A stretch of DNA of 64,000 nt, from NCBI RefSeq assembly GCF_009914755.1, contig NC_060947.1; one strand, given 5' to 3'. This stretch comes from the human T2T-CHM13v2.0 reference genome, Homo sapiens. Both the position numbers and the translations under genes were made by a program. The notes below the pieces were generated by a model. The model was not told where the DNA came from and did no database searches. It saw nothing but the letters and a program-made list of their open reading frames with translations. Numbering within the stretch: the first letter of the stretch is position 1; each line of letters begins with the position of its first letter. Shown here one piece after another: positions 24,091 to 38,256 of the stretch.

Positions 24091-26372
24091 AGAGAGAGAG
24101 AAAGAGAAAGAGACAGAGAAAAGAAACTATGTTGTTTAAAATGCCAGCGGAAAGTCCATGGGGGTGAAAGAGTCCGGCAATGGCCAGGGAGTTAGCAGCT
24201 TGGCGTAGTGTCTTCCCACTGTTTTGTCTGTCTTGAGAATAGCATTCAACGCGACTGTGTTCCCGCAGCAGACGTTAGGCCGCTGCCCACGCCTTGAGTG
24301 CCGGACGAGGTCAACATAGGCTTTCCGTCACAGAATATGTTTGGGCAGGAAGATCGGAACACTTGGGGCTGGGCCATCTACCGCTCCCCCACGGCACACA
24401 CGAGTCGTCAGGGAAATGCCCGCCTCTGTGTGTGTTGTACGTGCAGCCTTCTGGGCAGAGCCGTGGAGAGTTGGACGTAGGCCAGGTGTGAGGAGGAGAG
24501 GTGTGTTTGGGGTGGCCACTGGCTCCCTTCCTGCGTGACGTAGGCTGGCGTGGGCTCTTCCCCCAGCCCCTTGCCGGTGCTGCCACGTGAGAAGGGCCCG
24601 GGTGCCGGTCCCGCTATTCCGGAATTGTGGGTTCACCTGAAGTTTGAGGCCAAACCCCCAGCGGTCAGTGGGACGCCAGTCGCCTTTGACCTCTTGGTCA
24701 AGCTGGCCTTGCCGTGACCCGTGAGAATGCCCAAGTGCCAATGTGTCCCGGGGGGCAGGGCCGGGGCTGGGATCCTAGTGTGTGCCCAGTCTCCTTCTCG
24801 TCCCTGCGGGTTCCACCATCCTCCCATCCTAACGCATCGTTAGGGATGCGGTTAGGTCGGGTCCATCCCCAGGGCGGTCCAAGGGGACCGCTTTCTGGTT
24901 TGTCAGGAAGGCAGGCTAGTAAGAAGGGTCCCGCCGAGTCCCATCTGCCAAGGACAGGGTCCCGCAGGTGGGCCAGGGCTGGCCCAAAGCGGCCGAGATG
25001 CTGATCCGCCATGTGCGGGGCGCTGTTGGCGTTTTTTCCTCAGCAAAGGGCGGAGGGAGTGGACGTGGGGGAAGGGCAGGTGGGCATTTCTGGAGCAATA
25101 CTGCCATCAAGAGGAACTGGCTTGGCAATCCCGCGCACCCTTCGCTGTGCTCGCCTGGGGAGGAGTGGCTTGGGACTGTCCTGGGGGACCAGGCAGGACT
25201 AGGGCAGGTGCTCGGACGGATCCGAGGTCTCTGGAGGTCCGAGAGAAGCAGGCTCCGCCGCGGGGTCGGGCGGTGGAAGCCCCAGAGAGAGGCGCCAGGA
25301 CTAGCTGGACAGCCAGGACGCCGGGCCGTTCCCGGACAGGAAGCCATGGCTCGGGAGCCTGGTGGCGGCCATGATCTGGGCGGGACCAGCGGAGGCCTCC
25401 GCCAGGGAGCCTGGGCTCGGGGCCTTGGGCAGTTTGCCTGGTGCCCCTTCCCGTGGGAGCAACCGGGGTGACGGCCTAGCTGGGTCCTCGGCCCGGGAGG
25501 CTCCGTCGGCCACACTGCACGCCTGCGGTGTGAGGAGGGCCGACTGCCAGTGCTGAGTTCCGTGGCCATTGGCGCGGGTGCCCGCCGCTGCTGGCCGGCG
25601 CCGGGGCGTTCCTCCTTGCGTCCTAGGGAGGAAGGTGGGCCGCGGGGCATCCCGCGGGGCCCGTACCCAGACGGTTCTTGACGAGGTGGACGCAAGGCCA
25701 GGCCCGGCCCGGTCACCCTCAGACGCCGCGCACCCGCCTTGTTGAGACTTGCCACCCTGTCTTGTTGTGTCCATGTCCCCGAGGTTGTCTTGGAGGCGGG
25801 CCGTTCCCCGTGGTGCTCATTTCTGCCTGGGGGCCTTCCGGGGACCCCGCTTGTCTTTGGGGGTGCGCAGGCCCTTGCCCTGCGATCAGAGGCGCACCGA
25901 CCGATGAGTTCGGTGGCAAAGCTTGAGAAATGGAGACTCTCTGGGCATCGGCTAAGGGGGCCCGGGGCCTTCCCAGGCCTGCTGGAGTCCGGGAAGCCGG
26001 GGGCACCCAGAAGGAAGGACCCGTCGGACTCTGCCTGGGGACAGCCTGCTCCGCGCCAGAAGGGTCCGCTGCTCAGGCAGCATCCCCGTGCCTCTCCTCC
26101 AGTGGGTCCCTCAGGTAGAATCGGGGCAGGCCCCACTGGACGTGCAGGGAGGAGGCTCGGAGGATGCATCCTTTGCAGGACCCGGTCTGGTACAGCAGCA
26201 GACGGAGCCATCTCCCGGGGCTTTCTGGCTTCTCCGAGGGTGTTCAGGAGTCTCCCAAGTGCGCAGGGGCTCGTGCCCAAAGGGTGGAGGTCGGCACCGC
26301 TTCGCTCAATTCAGGAGTGGAGAAGGAAGCTAGAGGACCCTCTGGAGGTGGCAGGTTTAATGTCCTGCTTTT

Positions 26373-26403
<31 letters not shown>

Positions 26404-29321
26404 TTTTGTAATCAACTGAAAGAAGGCAGAAGGAGTCGATGGGCCTCTTAGGCCGGAAACCTTACAAGCATAGGACCAAGGCAGAAAAGGTCCAGAGGGT
26501 TCATGGTCCTCCGTTCCACCTGAATCCAGCTAGAGAGCGAGCCAGGGGGATAGGTGTGCCCCTCGTCGCCCGTGCGCTGAGGCACTGTCACGCAAAGAGA
26601 CATTCACCTTCCACGTCAACGCACCTTTAAGGGCGAGAGCGGTCCGCCGTGCCCAAGAGGAACGGGATGACATTCAACTGGGACTTGCCTCACCTTGGCT
26701 TGGGGGACCTCGAGAGCGGTCCCGTGGGGGCGGTGTTACTCGTGGTGGTAGAAGTGGAGGGCGTGTCCGGGTACTTGAGTTCATGGGCATCTCTCCCGCC
26801 GCCTCTCAGCCTATCTGCACCATGTCTCACACGTTCAGTTGCAGCTCTTACCGTTTTGAAGGCGCACGTGGGCAAGAAGTCCTGGGCAGCACAAGAAAGT
26901 CAATCACGTTGAGACAGAGAGAGCAGGAGAGGAAGTGGGCCCCAGTAGAAGTGGGCGAGAGAGCGTTGGGTGGGAACGTGGCACGAGAGAGAGAAATTAT
27001 GAGATTGACAGAGAGAGAGAGAGAGAGAGAGAAAGAGAAAGAGAGAGAGAAAGAGAAAGAGACAGAGAAAAGAAACTATGTTGTTTAAAATGCCAGCGGA
27101 AAGTCCATGGGGGTGAAAGAGTCCGGCAATGGCCAGGGAGTTAGCAGCTTGGCGTAGTGTCTTCCCACTGTTTTGTCTGTCTTGAGAATAGCATTCAACG
27201 CGACTGTGTTCCCGCAGCAGACGTTAGGCCGCTGCCCACGCCTTGAGTGCCGGACGAGGTCAACATAGGCTTTCCGTCACAGAATATGTTTGGGCAGGAA
27301 GATCGGAACACTTGGGGCTGGGCCATCTACCGCTCCCCCACGGCACACACGAGTCGTCAGGGAAATGCCCGCCTCTGTGTGTGTTGTACGTGCAGCCTTC
27401 TGGGCAGAGCCGTGGAGAGTTGGACGTAGGCCAGGTGTGAGGAGGAGAGGTGTGTTTGGGGTGGCCACTGGCTCCCTTCCTGCGTGACGTAGGCTGGCGT
27501 GGGCTCTTCCCCCAGCCCCTTGCCGGTGCTGCCACGTGAGAAGGGCCCGGGTGCCGGTCCCGCTATTCCGGAATTGTGGGTTCACCTGAAGTTTGAGGCC
27601 AAACCCCCAGCGGTCAGTGGGACGCCAGTCGCCTTTGACCTCTTGGTCAAGCTGGCCTTGCCGTGACCCGTGAGAATGCCCAAGTGCCAATGTGTCCCGG
27701 GGGGCAGGGCCGGGGCTGGGATCCTAGTGTGTGCCCAGTCTCCTTCTCGTCCCTGCGGGTTCCACCATCCTCCCATCCTAACGCATCGTTAGGGATGCGG
27801 TTAGGTCGGGTCCATCCCCAGGGCGGTCCAAGGGGACCGCTTTCTGGTTTGTCAGGAAGGCAGGCTAGTAAGAAGGGTCCCGCCGAGTCCCATCTGCCAA
27901 GGACAGGGTCCCGCAGGTGGGCCAGGGCTGGCCCAAAGCGGCCGAGATGCTGATCCGCCATGTGCGGGGCGCTGTTGGCGTTTTTTCCTCAGCAAAGGGC
28001 GGAGGGAGTGGACGTGGGGGAAGGGCAGTTGGGCATTTCTGGAGCAATACTGCCATCAAGAGGAACTGGCTTGGCAATCCCGCGCACCCTTCGCTGTGCT
28101 CGCCTGGGGAGGAGTGGCTTGGGACTGTCCTGGGGGACCAGGCAGGACTAGGGCAGGTGCTCGGACGGATCCGAGGTCTCTGGAGGTCCGAGAGAAGCAG
28201 GCTCCGCCGCGGGGTCGGGCGGTGGAAGCCCCAGAGAGAGGCGCCAGGACTAGCTGGACAGCCAGGACGCCGGGCCGTTCCCGGACAGGAAGCCACGGCT
28301 CGGGAGCCTGGTGGCGGCCATGATCTGGGCGGGACCAGCGGAGGCCTCCGCCAGGGAGCCTGGGCTCGGGGCCTTGGGCAGTTTGCCTGGTGCCCCTTCC
28401 CGTGGGAGCAACCGGGGTGACGGCCTAGCTGGGTCCTCGGCCCGGGAGGCTCCGTCGGCCACACTGCACGCCTGCGGTGTGAGGAGGGCCGACTGCCAGT
28501 GCTGAGTTCCGTGGCCATTGGCGCGGGTGCCCGCCGCTGCTGGCCGGCGCCGGGGCGTTCCTCCTTGCGTCCTAGGGAGGAAGGTGGGCCGCGGGGCATC
28601 CCGCGGGGCCCGTACCCAGACGGTTCTTGACGAGGTGGACGCAAGGCCAGGCCCGGCCCGGTCACCCTCAGACGCCGCGCACCCGCCTTGTTGAGACTTG
28701 CCACCCTGTCTTGTTGTGTCCATGTCCCCGAGGTTGTCTTGGAGGCGGGCCGTTCCCCGTGGTGCTCATTTCTGCCTGGGGGCCTTCCGGGGACCCCGCT
28801 TGTCTTTGGGGGTGCGCAGGCCCTTGCCCTGCGATCAGAGGCGCACCGACCGATGAGTTCGGTGGCAAAGCTTGAGAAATGGAGACTCTCTGGGCATCGG
28901 CTAAGGGGGCCCGGGGCCTTCCCAGGCCTGCTGGAGTCCGGGAAGCCGGGGGCACCCAGAAGGAAGGACCCGTCGGACTCTGCCTGGGGACAGCCTGCTC
29001 CGCGCCAGAAGGGTCCGCTGCTCAGGCAGCATCCCCGTGCCTCTCCTCCAGTGGGTCCCTCAGGTAGAATCGGGGCAGGCCCCACTGGACGTGCAGGGAG
29101 GAGGCTCGGAGGATGCATCCTTTGCAGGACCCGGTCTGGTACAGCAGCAGACGGAGCCATCTCCCGGGGCTTTCTGGCTTCTCCGAGGGTGTTCAGGAGT
29201 CTCCCAAGTGCGCAGGGGCTCGTGCCCAAAGGGTGGAGGTCGGCACCGCTTCGCTCAATTCAGGAGTGGAGAAGGAAGCTAGAGGACCCTCTGGAGGTGG
29301 CAGGTTTAATGTCCTGCTTTT

Positions 29322-29352
<31 letters not shown>

Positions 29353-29955
29353 TTTTGTAATCAACTGAAAGAAGGCAGAAGGAGTCGATGGGCCTCTTAG
29401 GCCGGAAACCTTACAAGCATAGGACCAAGGCAGAAAAGGTCCAGAGGGTTCATGGTCCTCCGTTCCACCTGAATCCAGCTAGAGAGCGAGCCAGGGGGAT
29501 AGGTGTGCCCCTCGTCGCCCGTGCGCTGAGGCACTGTCACGCAAAGAGACATTCACCTTCCACGTCAACGCACCTTTAAGGGCGAGAGCGGTCCGCCGTG
29601 CCCAAGAGGAACGGGATGACATTCAACTGGGACTTGCCTCACCTTGGCTTGGGGGACCTCGAGAGCGGTCCCGTGGGGGCGGTGTTACTCGTGGTGGTAG
29701 AAGTGGAGGGCGTGTCCGGGTACTTGAGTTCATGGGCATCTCTCCCGCCGCCTCTCAGCCTATCTGCACCATGTCTCACACGTTCAGTTGCAGCTCTTAC
29801 CGTTTTGAAGGCGCACGTGGGCAAGAAGTCCTGGGCAGCACAAGAAAGTCAATCACGTTGAGACAGAGAGAGCAGGAGAGGAAGTGGGCCCCAGTAGAAG
29901 TGGGCGAGAGAGCGTTGGGTGGGAACGTGGCACGAGAGAGAGAAATTATGAGATT

Positions 29956-29998
<43 letters not shown>

Positions 29999-32280
29999 AG
30001 AGAGAGAGAAAGAGAAAGAGACAGAGAAAAGAAACTATGTTGTTTAAAATGCCAGCGGAAAGTCCATGGGGGTGAAAGAGTCCGGCAATGGCCAGGGAGT
30101 TAGCAGCTTGGCGTAGTGTCTTCCCACTGTTTTGTCTGTCTTGAGAATAGCATTCAACGCGACTGTGTTCCCGCAGCAGACGTTAGGCCGCTGCCCACGC
30201 CTTGAGTGCCGGACGAGGTCAACATAGGCTTTCCGTCACAGAATATGTTTGGGCAGGAAGATCGGAACACTTGGGGCTGGGCCATCTACCGCTCCCCCAC
30301 GGCACACACGAGTCGTCAGGGAAATGCCCGCCTCTGTGTGTGTTGTACGTGCAGCCTTCTGGGCAGAGCCGTGGAGAGTTGGACGTAGGCCAGGTGTGAG
30401 GAGGAGAGGTGTGTTTGGGGTGGCCACTGGCTCCCTTCCTGCGTGACGTAGGCTGGCGTGGGCTCTTCCCCCAGCCCCTTGCCGGTGCTGCCACGTGAGA
30501 AGGGCCCGGGTGCCGGTCCCGCTATTCCGGAATTGTGGGTTCACCTGAAGTTTGAGGCCAAACCCCCAGCGGTCAGTGGGACGCCAGTCGCCTTTGACCT
30601 CTTGGTCAAGCTGGCCTTGCCGTGACCCGTGAGAATGCCCAAGTGCCAATGTGTCCCGGGGGGCAGGGCCGGGGCTGGGATCCTAGTGTGTGCCCAGTCT
30701 CCTTCTCGTCCCTGCGGGTTCCACCATCCTCCCATCCTAACGCATCGTTAGGGATGCGGTTAGGTCGGGTCCATCCCCAGGGCGGTCCAAGGGGACCGCT
30801 TTCTGGTTTGTCAGGAAGGCAGGCTAGTAAGAAGGGTCCCGCCGAGTCCCATCTGCCAAGGACAGGGTCCCGCAGGTGGGCCAGGGCTGGCCCAAAGCGG
30901 CCGAGATGCTGATCCGCCATGTGCGGGGCGCTGTTGGCGTTTTTTCCTCAGCAAAGGGCGGAGGGAGTGGACGTGGGGGAAGGGCAGTTGGGCATTTCTG
31001 GAGCAATACTGCCATCAAGAGGAACTGGCTTGGCAATCCCGCGCACCCTTCGCTGTGCTCGCCTGGGGAGGAGTGGCTTGGGACTGTCCTGGGGGACCAG
31101 GCAGGACTAGGGCAGGTGCTCGGACGGATCCGAGGTCTCTGGAGGTCCGAGAGAAGCAGGCTCCGCCGCGGGGTCGGGCGGTGGAAGCCCCAGAGAGAGG
31201 CGCCAGGACTAGCTGGACAGCCAGGACGCCGGGCCGTTCCCGGACAGGAAGCCACGGCTCGGGAGCCTGGTGGCGGCCATGATCTGGGCGGGACCAGCGG
31301 AGGCCTCCGCCAGGGAGCCTGGGCTCGGGGCCTTGGGCAGTTTGCCTGGTGCCCCTTCCCGTGGGAGCAACCGGGGTGACGGCCTAGCTGGGTCCTCGGC
31401 CCGGGAGGCTCCGTCGGCCACACTGCACGCCTGCGGTGTGAGGAGGGCCGACTGCCAGTGCTGAGTTCCGTGGCCATTGGCGCGGGTGCCCGCCGCTGCT
31501 GGCCGGCGCCGGGGCGTTCCTCCTTGCGTCCTAGGGAGGAAGGTGGGCCGCGGGGCATCCCGCGGGGCCCGTACCCAGACGGTTCTTGACGAGGTGGACG
31601 CAAGGCCAGGCCCGGCCCGGTCACCCTCAGACGCCGCGCACCCGCCTTGTTGAGACTTGCCACCCTGTCTTGTTGTGTCCATGTCCCCGAGGTTGTCTTG
31701 GAGGCGGGCCGTTCCCCGTGGTGCTCATTTCTGCCTGGGGGCCTTCCGGGGACCCCGCTTGTCTTTGGGGGTGCGCAGGCCCTTGCCCTGCGATCAGAGG
31801 CGCACCGACCGATGAGTTCGGTGGCAAAGCTTGAGAAATGGAGACTCTCTGGGCATCGGCTAAGGGGGCCCGGGGCCTTCCCAGGCCTGCTGGAGTCCGG
31901 GAAGCCGGGGGCACCCAGAAGGAAGGACCCGTCGGACTCTGCCTGGGGACAGCCTGCTCCGCGCCAGAAGGGTCCGCTGCTCAGGCAGCATCCCCGTGCC
32001 TCTCCTCCAGTGGGTCCCTCAGGTAGAATCGGGGCAGGCCCCACTGGACGTGCAGGGAGGAGGCTCGGAGGATGCATCCTTTGCAGGACCCGGTCTGGTA
32101 CAGCAGCAGACGGAGCCATCTCCCGGGGCTTTCTGGCTTCTCCGAGGGTGTTCAGGAGTCTCCCAAGTGCGCAGGGGCTCGTGCCCAAAGGGTGGAGGTC
32201 GGCACCGCTTCGCTCAATTCAGGAGTGGAGAAGGAAGCTAGAGGACCCTCTGGAGGTGGCAGGTTTAATGTCCTGCTTTT

Positions 32281-32311
<31 letters not shown>

Positions 32312-32914
32312 TTTTGTAATCAACTGAAAGAAGGCAGAAGGAGTCGATGGGCCTCTTAGGCCGGAAACCTTACAAGCATAGGACCAAGGCAGAAAAGGTC
32401 CAGAGGGTTCATGGTCCTCCGTTCCACCTGAATCCAGCTAGAGAGCGAGCCAGGGGGATAGGTGTGCCCCTCGTCGCCCGTGCGCTGAGGCACTGTCACG
32501 CAAAGAGACATTCACCTTCCACGTCAACGCACCTTTAAGGGCGAGAGCGGTCCGCCGTGCCCAAGAGGAACGGGATGACATTCAACTGGGACTTGCCTCA
32601 CCTTGGCTTGGGGGACCTCGAGAGCGGTCCCGTGGGGGCGGTGTTACTCGTGGTGGTAGAAGTGGAGGGCGTGTCCGGGTACTTGAGTTCATGGGCATCT
32701 CTCCCGCCGCCTCTCAGCCTATCTGCACCATGTCTCACACGTTCAGTTGCAGCTCTTACCGTTTTGAAGGCGCACGTGGGCAAGAAGTCCTGGGCAGCAC
32801 AAGAAAGTCAATCACGTTGAGACAGAGAGAGCAGGAGAGGAAGTGGGCCCCAGTAGAAGTGGGCGAGAGAGCGTTGGGTGGGAACGTGGCACGAGAGAGA
32901 GAAATTATGAGATT

Positions 32915-32957
<43 letters not shown>

Positions 32958-35239
32958 AGAGAGAGAGAAAGAGAAAGAGACAGAGAAAAGAAACTATGTT
33001 GTTTAAAATGCCAGCGGAAAGTCCATGGGGGTGAAAGAGTCCGGCAATGGCCAGGGAGTTAGCAGCTTGGCGTAGTGTCTTCCCACTGTTTTGTCTGTCT
33101 TGAGAATAGCATTCAACGCGACTGTGTTCCCGCAGCAGACGTTAGGCCGCTGCCCACGCCTTGAGTGCCGGACGAGGTCAACATAGGCTTTCCGTCACAG
33201 AATATGTTTGGGCAGGAAGATCGGAACACTTGGGGCTGGGCCATCTACCGCTCCCCCACGGCACACACGAGTCGTCAGGGAAATGCCCGCCTCTGTGTGT
33301 GTTGTACGTGCAGCCTTCTGGGCAGAGCCGTGGAGAGTTGGACGTAGGCCAGGTGTGAGGAGGAGAGGTGTGTTTGGGGTGGCCACTGGCTCCCTTCCTG
33401 CGTGACGTAGGCTGGCGTGGGCTCTTCCCCCAGCCCCTTGCCGGTGCTGCCACGTGAGAAGGGCCCGGGTGCCGGTCCCGCTATTCCGGAATTGTGGGTT
33501 CACCTGAAGTTTGAGGCCAAACCCCCAGCGGTCAGTGGGACGCCAGTCGCCTTTGACCTCTTGGTCAAGCTGGCCTTGCCGTGACCCGTGAGAATGCCCA
33601 AGTGCCAATGTGTCCCGGGGGGCAGGGCCGGGGCTGGGATCCTAGTGTGTGCCCAGTCTCCTTCTCGTCCCTGCGGGTTCCACCATCCTCCCATCCTAAC
33701 GCATCGTTAGGGATGCGGTTAGGTCGGGTCCATCCCCAGGGCGGTCCAAGGGGACCGCTTTCTGGTTTGTCAGGAAGGCAGGCTAGTAAGAAGGGTCCCG
33801 CCGAGTCCCATCTGCCAAGGACAGGGTCCCGCAGGTGGGCCAGGGCTGGCCCAAAGCGGCCGAGATGCTGATCCGCCATGTGCGGGGCGCTGTTGGCGTT
33901 TTTTCCTCAGCAAAGGGCGGAGGGAGTGGACGTGGGGGAAGGGCAGGTGGGCATTTCTGGAGCAATACTGCCATCAAGAGGAACTGGCTTGGCAATCCCG
34001 CGCACCCTTCGCTGTGCTCGCCTGGGGAGGAGTGGCTTGGGACTGTCCTGGGGGACCAGGCAGGACTAGGGCAGGTGCTCGGACGGATCCGAGGTCTCTG
34101 GAGGTCCGAGAGAAGCAGGCTCCGCCGCGGGGTCGGGCGGTGGAAGCCCCAGAGAGAGGCGCCAGGACTAGCTGGACAGCCAGGACGCCGGGCCGTTCCC
34201 GGACAGGAAGCCACGGCTCGGGAGCCTGGTGGCGGCCATGATCTGGGCGGGACCAGCGGAGGCCTCCGCCAGGGAGCCTGGGCTCGGGGCCTTGGGCAGT
34301 TTGCCTGGTGCCCCTTCCCGTGGGAGCAACCGGGGTGACGGCCTAGCTGGGTCCTCGGCCCGGGAGGCTCCGTCGGCCACACTGCACGCCTGCGGTGTGA
34401 GGAGGGCCGACTGCCAGTGCTGAGTTCCGTGGCCATTGGCGCGGGTGCCCGCCGCTGCTGGCCGGCGCCGGGGCGTTCCTCCTTGCGTCCTAGGGAGGAA
34501 GGTGGGCCGCGGGGCATCCCGCGGGGCCCGTACCCAGACGGTTCTTGACGAGGTGGACGCAAGGCCAGGCCCGGCCCGGTCACCCTCAGACGCCGCGCAC
34601 CCGCCTTGTTGAGACTTGCCACCCTGTCTTGTTGTGTCCATGTCCCCGAGGTTGTCTTGGAGGCGGGCCGTTCCCCGTGGTGCTCATTTCTGCCTGGGGG
34701 CCTTCCGGGGACCCCGCTTGTCTTTGGGGGTGCGCAGGCCCTTGCCCTGCGATCAGAGGCGCACCGACCGATGAGTTCGGTGGCAAAGCTTGAGAAATGG
34801 AGACTCTCTGGGCATCGGCTAAGGGGGCCCGGGGCCTTCCCAGGCCTGCTGGAGTCCGGGAAGCCGGGGGCACCCAGAAGGAAGGACCCGTCGGACTCTG
34901 CCTGGGGACAGCCTGCTCCGCGCCAGAAGGGTCCGCTGCTCAGGCAGCATCCCCGTGCCTCTCCTCCAGTGGGTCCCTCAGGTAGAATCGGGGCAGGCCC
35001 CACTGGACGTGCAGGGAGGAGGCTCGGAGGATGCATCCTTTGCAGGACCCGGTCTGGTACAGCAGCAGACGGAGCCATCTCCCGGGGCTTTCTGGCTTCT
35101 CCGAGGGTGTTCAGGAGTCTCCCAAGTGCGCAGGGGCTCGTGCCCAAAGGGTGGAGGTCGGCACCGCTTCGCTCAATTCAGGAGTGGAGAAGGAAGCTAG
35201 AGGACCCTCTGGAGGTGGCAGGTTTAATGTCCTGCTTTT

Positions 35240-35270
<31 letters not shown>

Positions 35271-35873
35271 TTTTGTAATCAACTGAAAGAAGGCAGAAGG
35301 AGTCGATGGGCCTCTTAGGCCGGAAACCTTACAAGCATAGGACCAAGGCAGAAAAGGTCCAGAGGGTTCATGGTCCTCCGTTCCACCTGAATCCAGCTAG
35401 AGAGCGAGCCAGGGGGATAGGTGTGCCCCTCGTCGCCCGTGCGCTGAGGCACTGTCACGCAAAGAGACATTCACCTTCCACGTCAACGCACCTTTAAGGG
35501 CGAGAGCGGTCCGCCGTGCCCAAGAGGAACGGGATGACATTCAACTGGGACTTGCCTCACCTTGGCTTGGGGGACCTCGAGAGCGGTCCCGTGGGGGCGG
35601 TGTTACTCGTGGTGGTAGAAGTGGAGGGCGTGTCCGGGTACTTGAGTTCATGGGCATCTCTCCCGCCGCCTCTCAGCCTATCTGCACCATGTCTCACACG
35701 TTCAGTTGCAGCTCTTACCGTTTTGAAGGCGCACGTGGGCAAGAAGTCCTGGGCAGCACAAGAAAGTCAATCACGTTGAGACAGAGAGAGCAGGAGAGGA
35801 AGTGGGCCCCAGTAGAAGTGGGCGAGAGAGCGTTGGGTGGGAACGTGGCACGAGAGAGAGAAATTATGAGATT

Positions 35874-35924
<51 letters not shown>

Positions 35925-38221
35925 AGAGAGAGAGAAAGAGAAAGAGACAGAGAAAAGAAACTATGTTGTTTAAAATGCCAGCGGAAAGTCCATGGGGGTG
36001 AAAGAGTCCGGCAATGGCCAGGGAGTTAGCAGCTTGGCGTAGTGTCTTCCCACTGTTTTGTCTGTCTTGAGAATAGCATTCAACGCGACTGTGTTCCCGC
36101 AGCAGACGTTAGGCCGCTGCCCACGCCTTGAGTGCCGGACGAGGTCAACATAGGCTTTCCGTCACAGAATATGTTTGGGCAGGAAGATCGGAACACTTGG
36201 GGCTGGGCCATCTACCGCTCCCCCACGGCACACACGAGTCGTCAGGGAAATGCCCGCCTCTGTGTGTGTTGTACGTGCAGCCTTCTGGGCAGAGCCGTGG
36301 AGAGTTGGACGTAGGCCAGGTGTGAGGAGGAGAGGTGTGTTTGGGGTGGCCACTGGCTCCCTTCCTGCGTGACGTAGGCTGGCGTGGGCTCTTCCCCCAG
36401 CCCCTTGCCGGTGCTGCCACGTGAGAAGGGCCCGGGTGCCGGTCCCGCTATTCCGGAATTGTGGGTTCACCTGAAGTTTGAGGCCAAACCCCCAGCGGTC
36501 AGTGGGACGCCAGTCGCCTTTGACCTCTTGGTCAAGCTGGCCTTGCCGTGACCCGTGAGAATGCCCAAGTGCCAATGTGTCCCGGGGGGCAGGGCCGGGG
36601 CTGGGATCCTAGTGTGTGCCCAGTCTCCTTCTCGTCCCTGCGGGTTCCACCATCCTCCCATCCTAACGCATCGTTAGGGATGCGGTTAGGTCGGGTCCAT
36701 CCCCAGGGCGGTCCAAGGGGACCGCTTTCTGGTTTGTCAGGAAGGCAGGCTAGTAAGAAGGGTCCCGCCGAGTCCCATCTGCCAAGGACAGGGTCCCGCA
36801 GGTGGGCCAGGGCTGGCCCAAAGCGGCCGAGATGCTGATCCGCCATGTGCGGGGCGCTGTTGGCGTTTTTTCCTCAGCAAAGGGCGGAGGGAGTGGACGT
36901 GGGGGAAGGGCAGGTGGGCATTTCTGGAGCAATACTGCCATCAAGAGGAACTGGCTTGGCAATCCCGCGCACCCTTCGCTGTGCTCGCCTGGGGAGGAGT
37001 GGCTTGGGACTGTCCTGGGGGACCAGGCAGGACTAGGGCAGGTGCTCGGACGGATCCGAGGTCTCTGGAGGTCCGAGAGAAGCAGGCTCCGCCGCGGGGT
37101 CGGGCGGTGGAAGCCCCAGAGAGAGGCGCCAGGACTAGCTGGACAGCCAGGACGCCGGGCCGTTCCCGGACAGGAAGCCACGGCTCGGGAGCCTGGTGGC
37201 GGCCATGATCTGGGCGGGACCAGCGGAGGCCTCCGCCAGGGAGCCTGGGCTCGGGGCCTTGGGCAGTTTGCCTGGTGCCCCTTCCCGTGGGAGCAACCGG
37301 GGTGACGGCCTAGCTGGGTCCTCGGCCCGGGAGGCTCCGTCGGCCACACTGCACGCCTGCGGTGTGAGGAGGGCCGACTGCCAGTGCTGAGTTCCGTGGC
37401 CATTGGCGCGGGTGCCCGCCGCTGCTGGCCGGCGCCGGGGCGTTCCTCCTTGCGTCCTAGGGAGGAAGGTGGGCCGCGGGGCATCCCGCGGGGCCCGTAC
37501 CCAGACGGTTCTTGACGAGGTGGACGCAAGGCCAGGCCCGGCCCGGCCCGGCCCGGCCCGGCCACCTTCAGACGCCGCGCACCCGCCTTGTTGAGACTTG
37601 CCACCCTGTCTTGTTGTGTCCATGTCCCCGAGGTTGTCTTGGAGGCGGGCCGTTCCCCGTGGTGCTCATTTCTGCCTGGGGGCCTTCCGGGGACCCCGCT
37701 TGTCTTTGGGGGTGCGCAGGCCCTTGCCCTGCGATCAGAGGCGCACCGACCGATGAGTTCGGTGGCAAAGCTTGAGAAATGGAGACTCTCTGGGCATCGG
37801 CTAAGGGGGCCCGGGGCCTTCCCAGGCCTGCTGGAGTCCGGGAAGCCGGGGGCACCCAGAAGGAAGGACCCGTCGGACTCTGCCTGGGGACAGCCTGCTC
37901 CGCGCCAGAAGGGTCCGCTGCTCAGGCAGCATCCCCGTGCCTCTCCTCCAGTGGGTCCCTCAGGTAGAATCGGGGCAGGCCCCACTGGACGTGCAGGGAG
38001 GAGGCTCGGAGGATGCATCCTTTGCAGGACCCGGTCTGGTACAGCAGCAGACGGAGCCATCTCCCGGGGCTTTCTGGCTTCTCCGAGGGTGTTCAGGAGT
38101 CTCCCAAGTGCGCAGGGGCTCGTGCCCAAAGGGTGGAGGTCGGCACCGCTTCGCTCAATTCAGGAGTGGAGAAGGAAGCTAGAGGACCCTCTGGAGGTGG
38201 CAGGTTTAATGTCCTGCTTTT

Positions 38222-38256
<35 letters not shown>

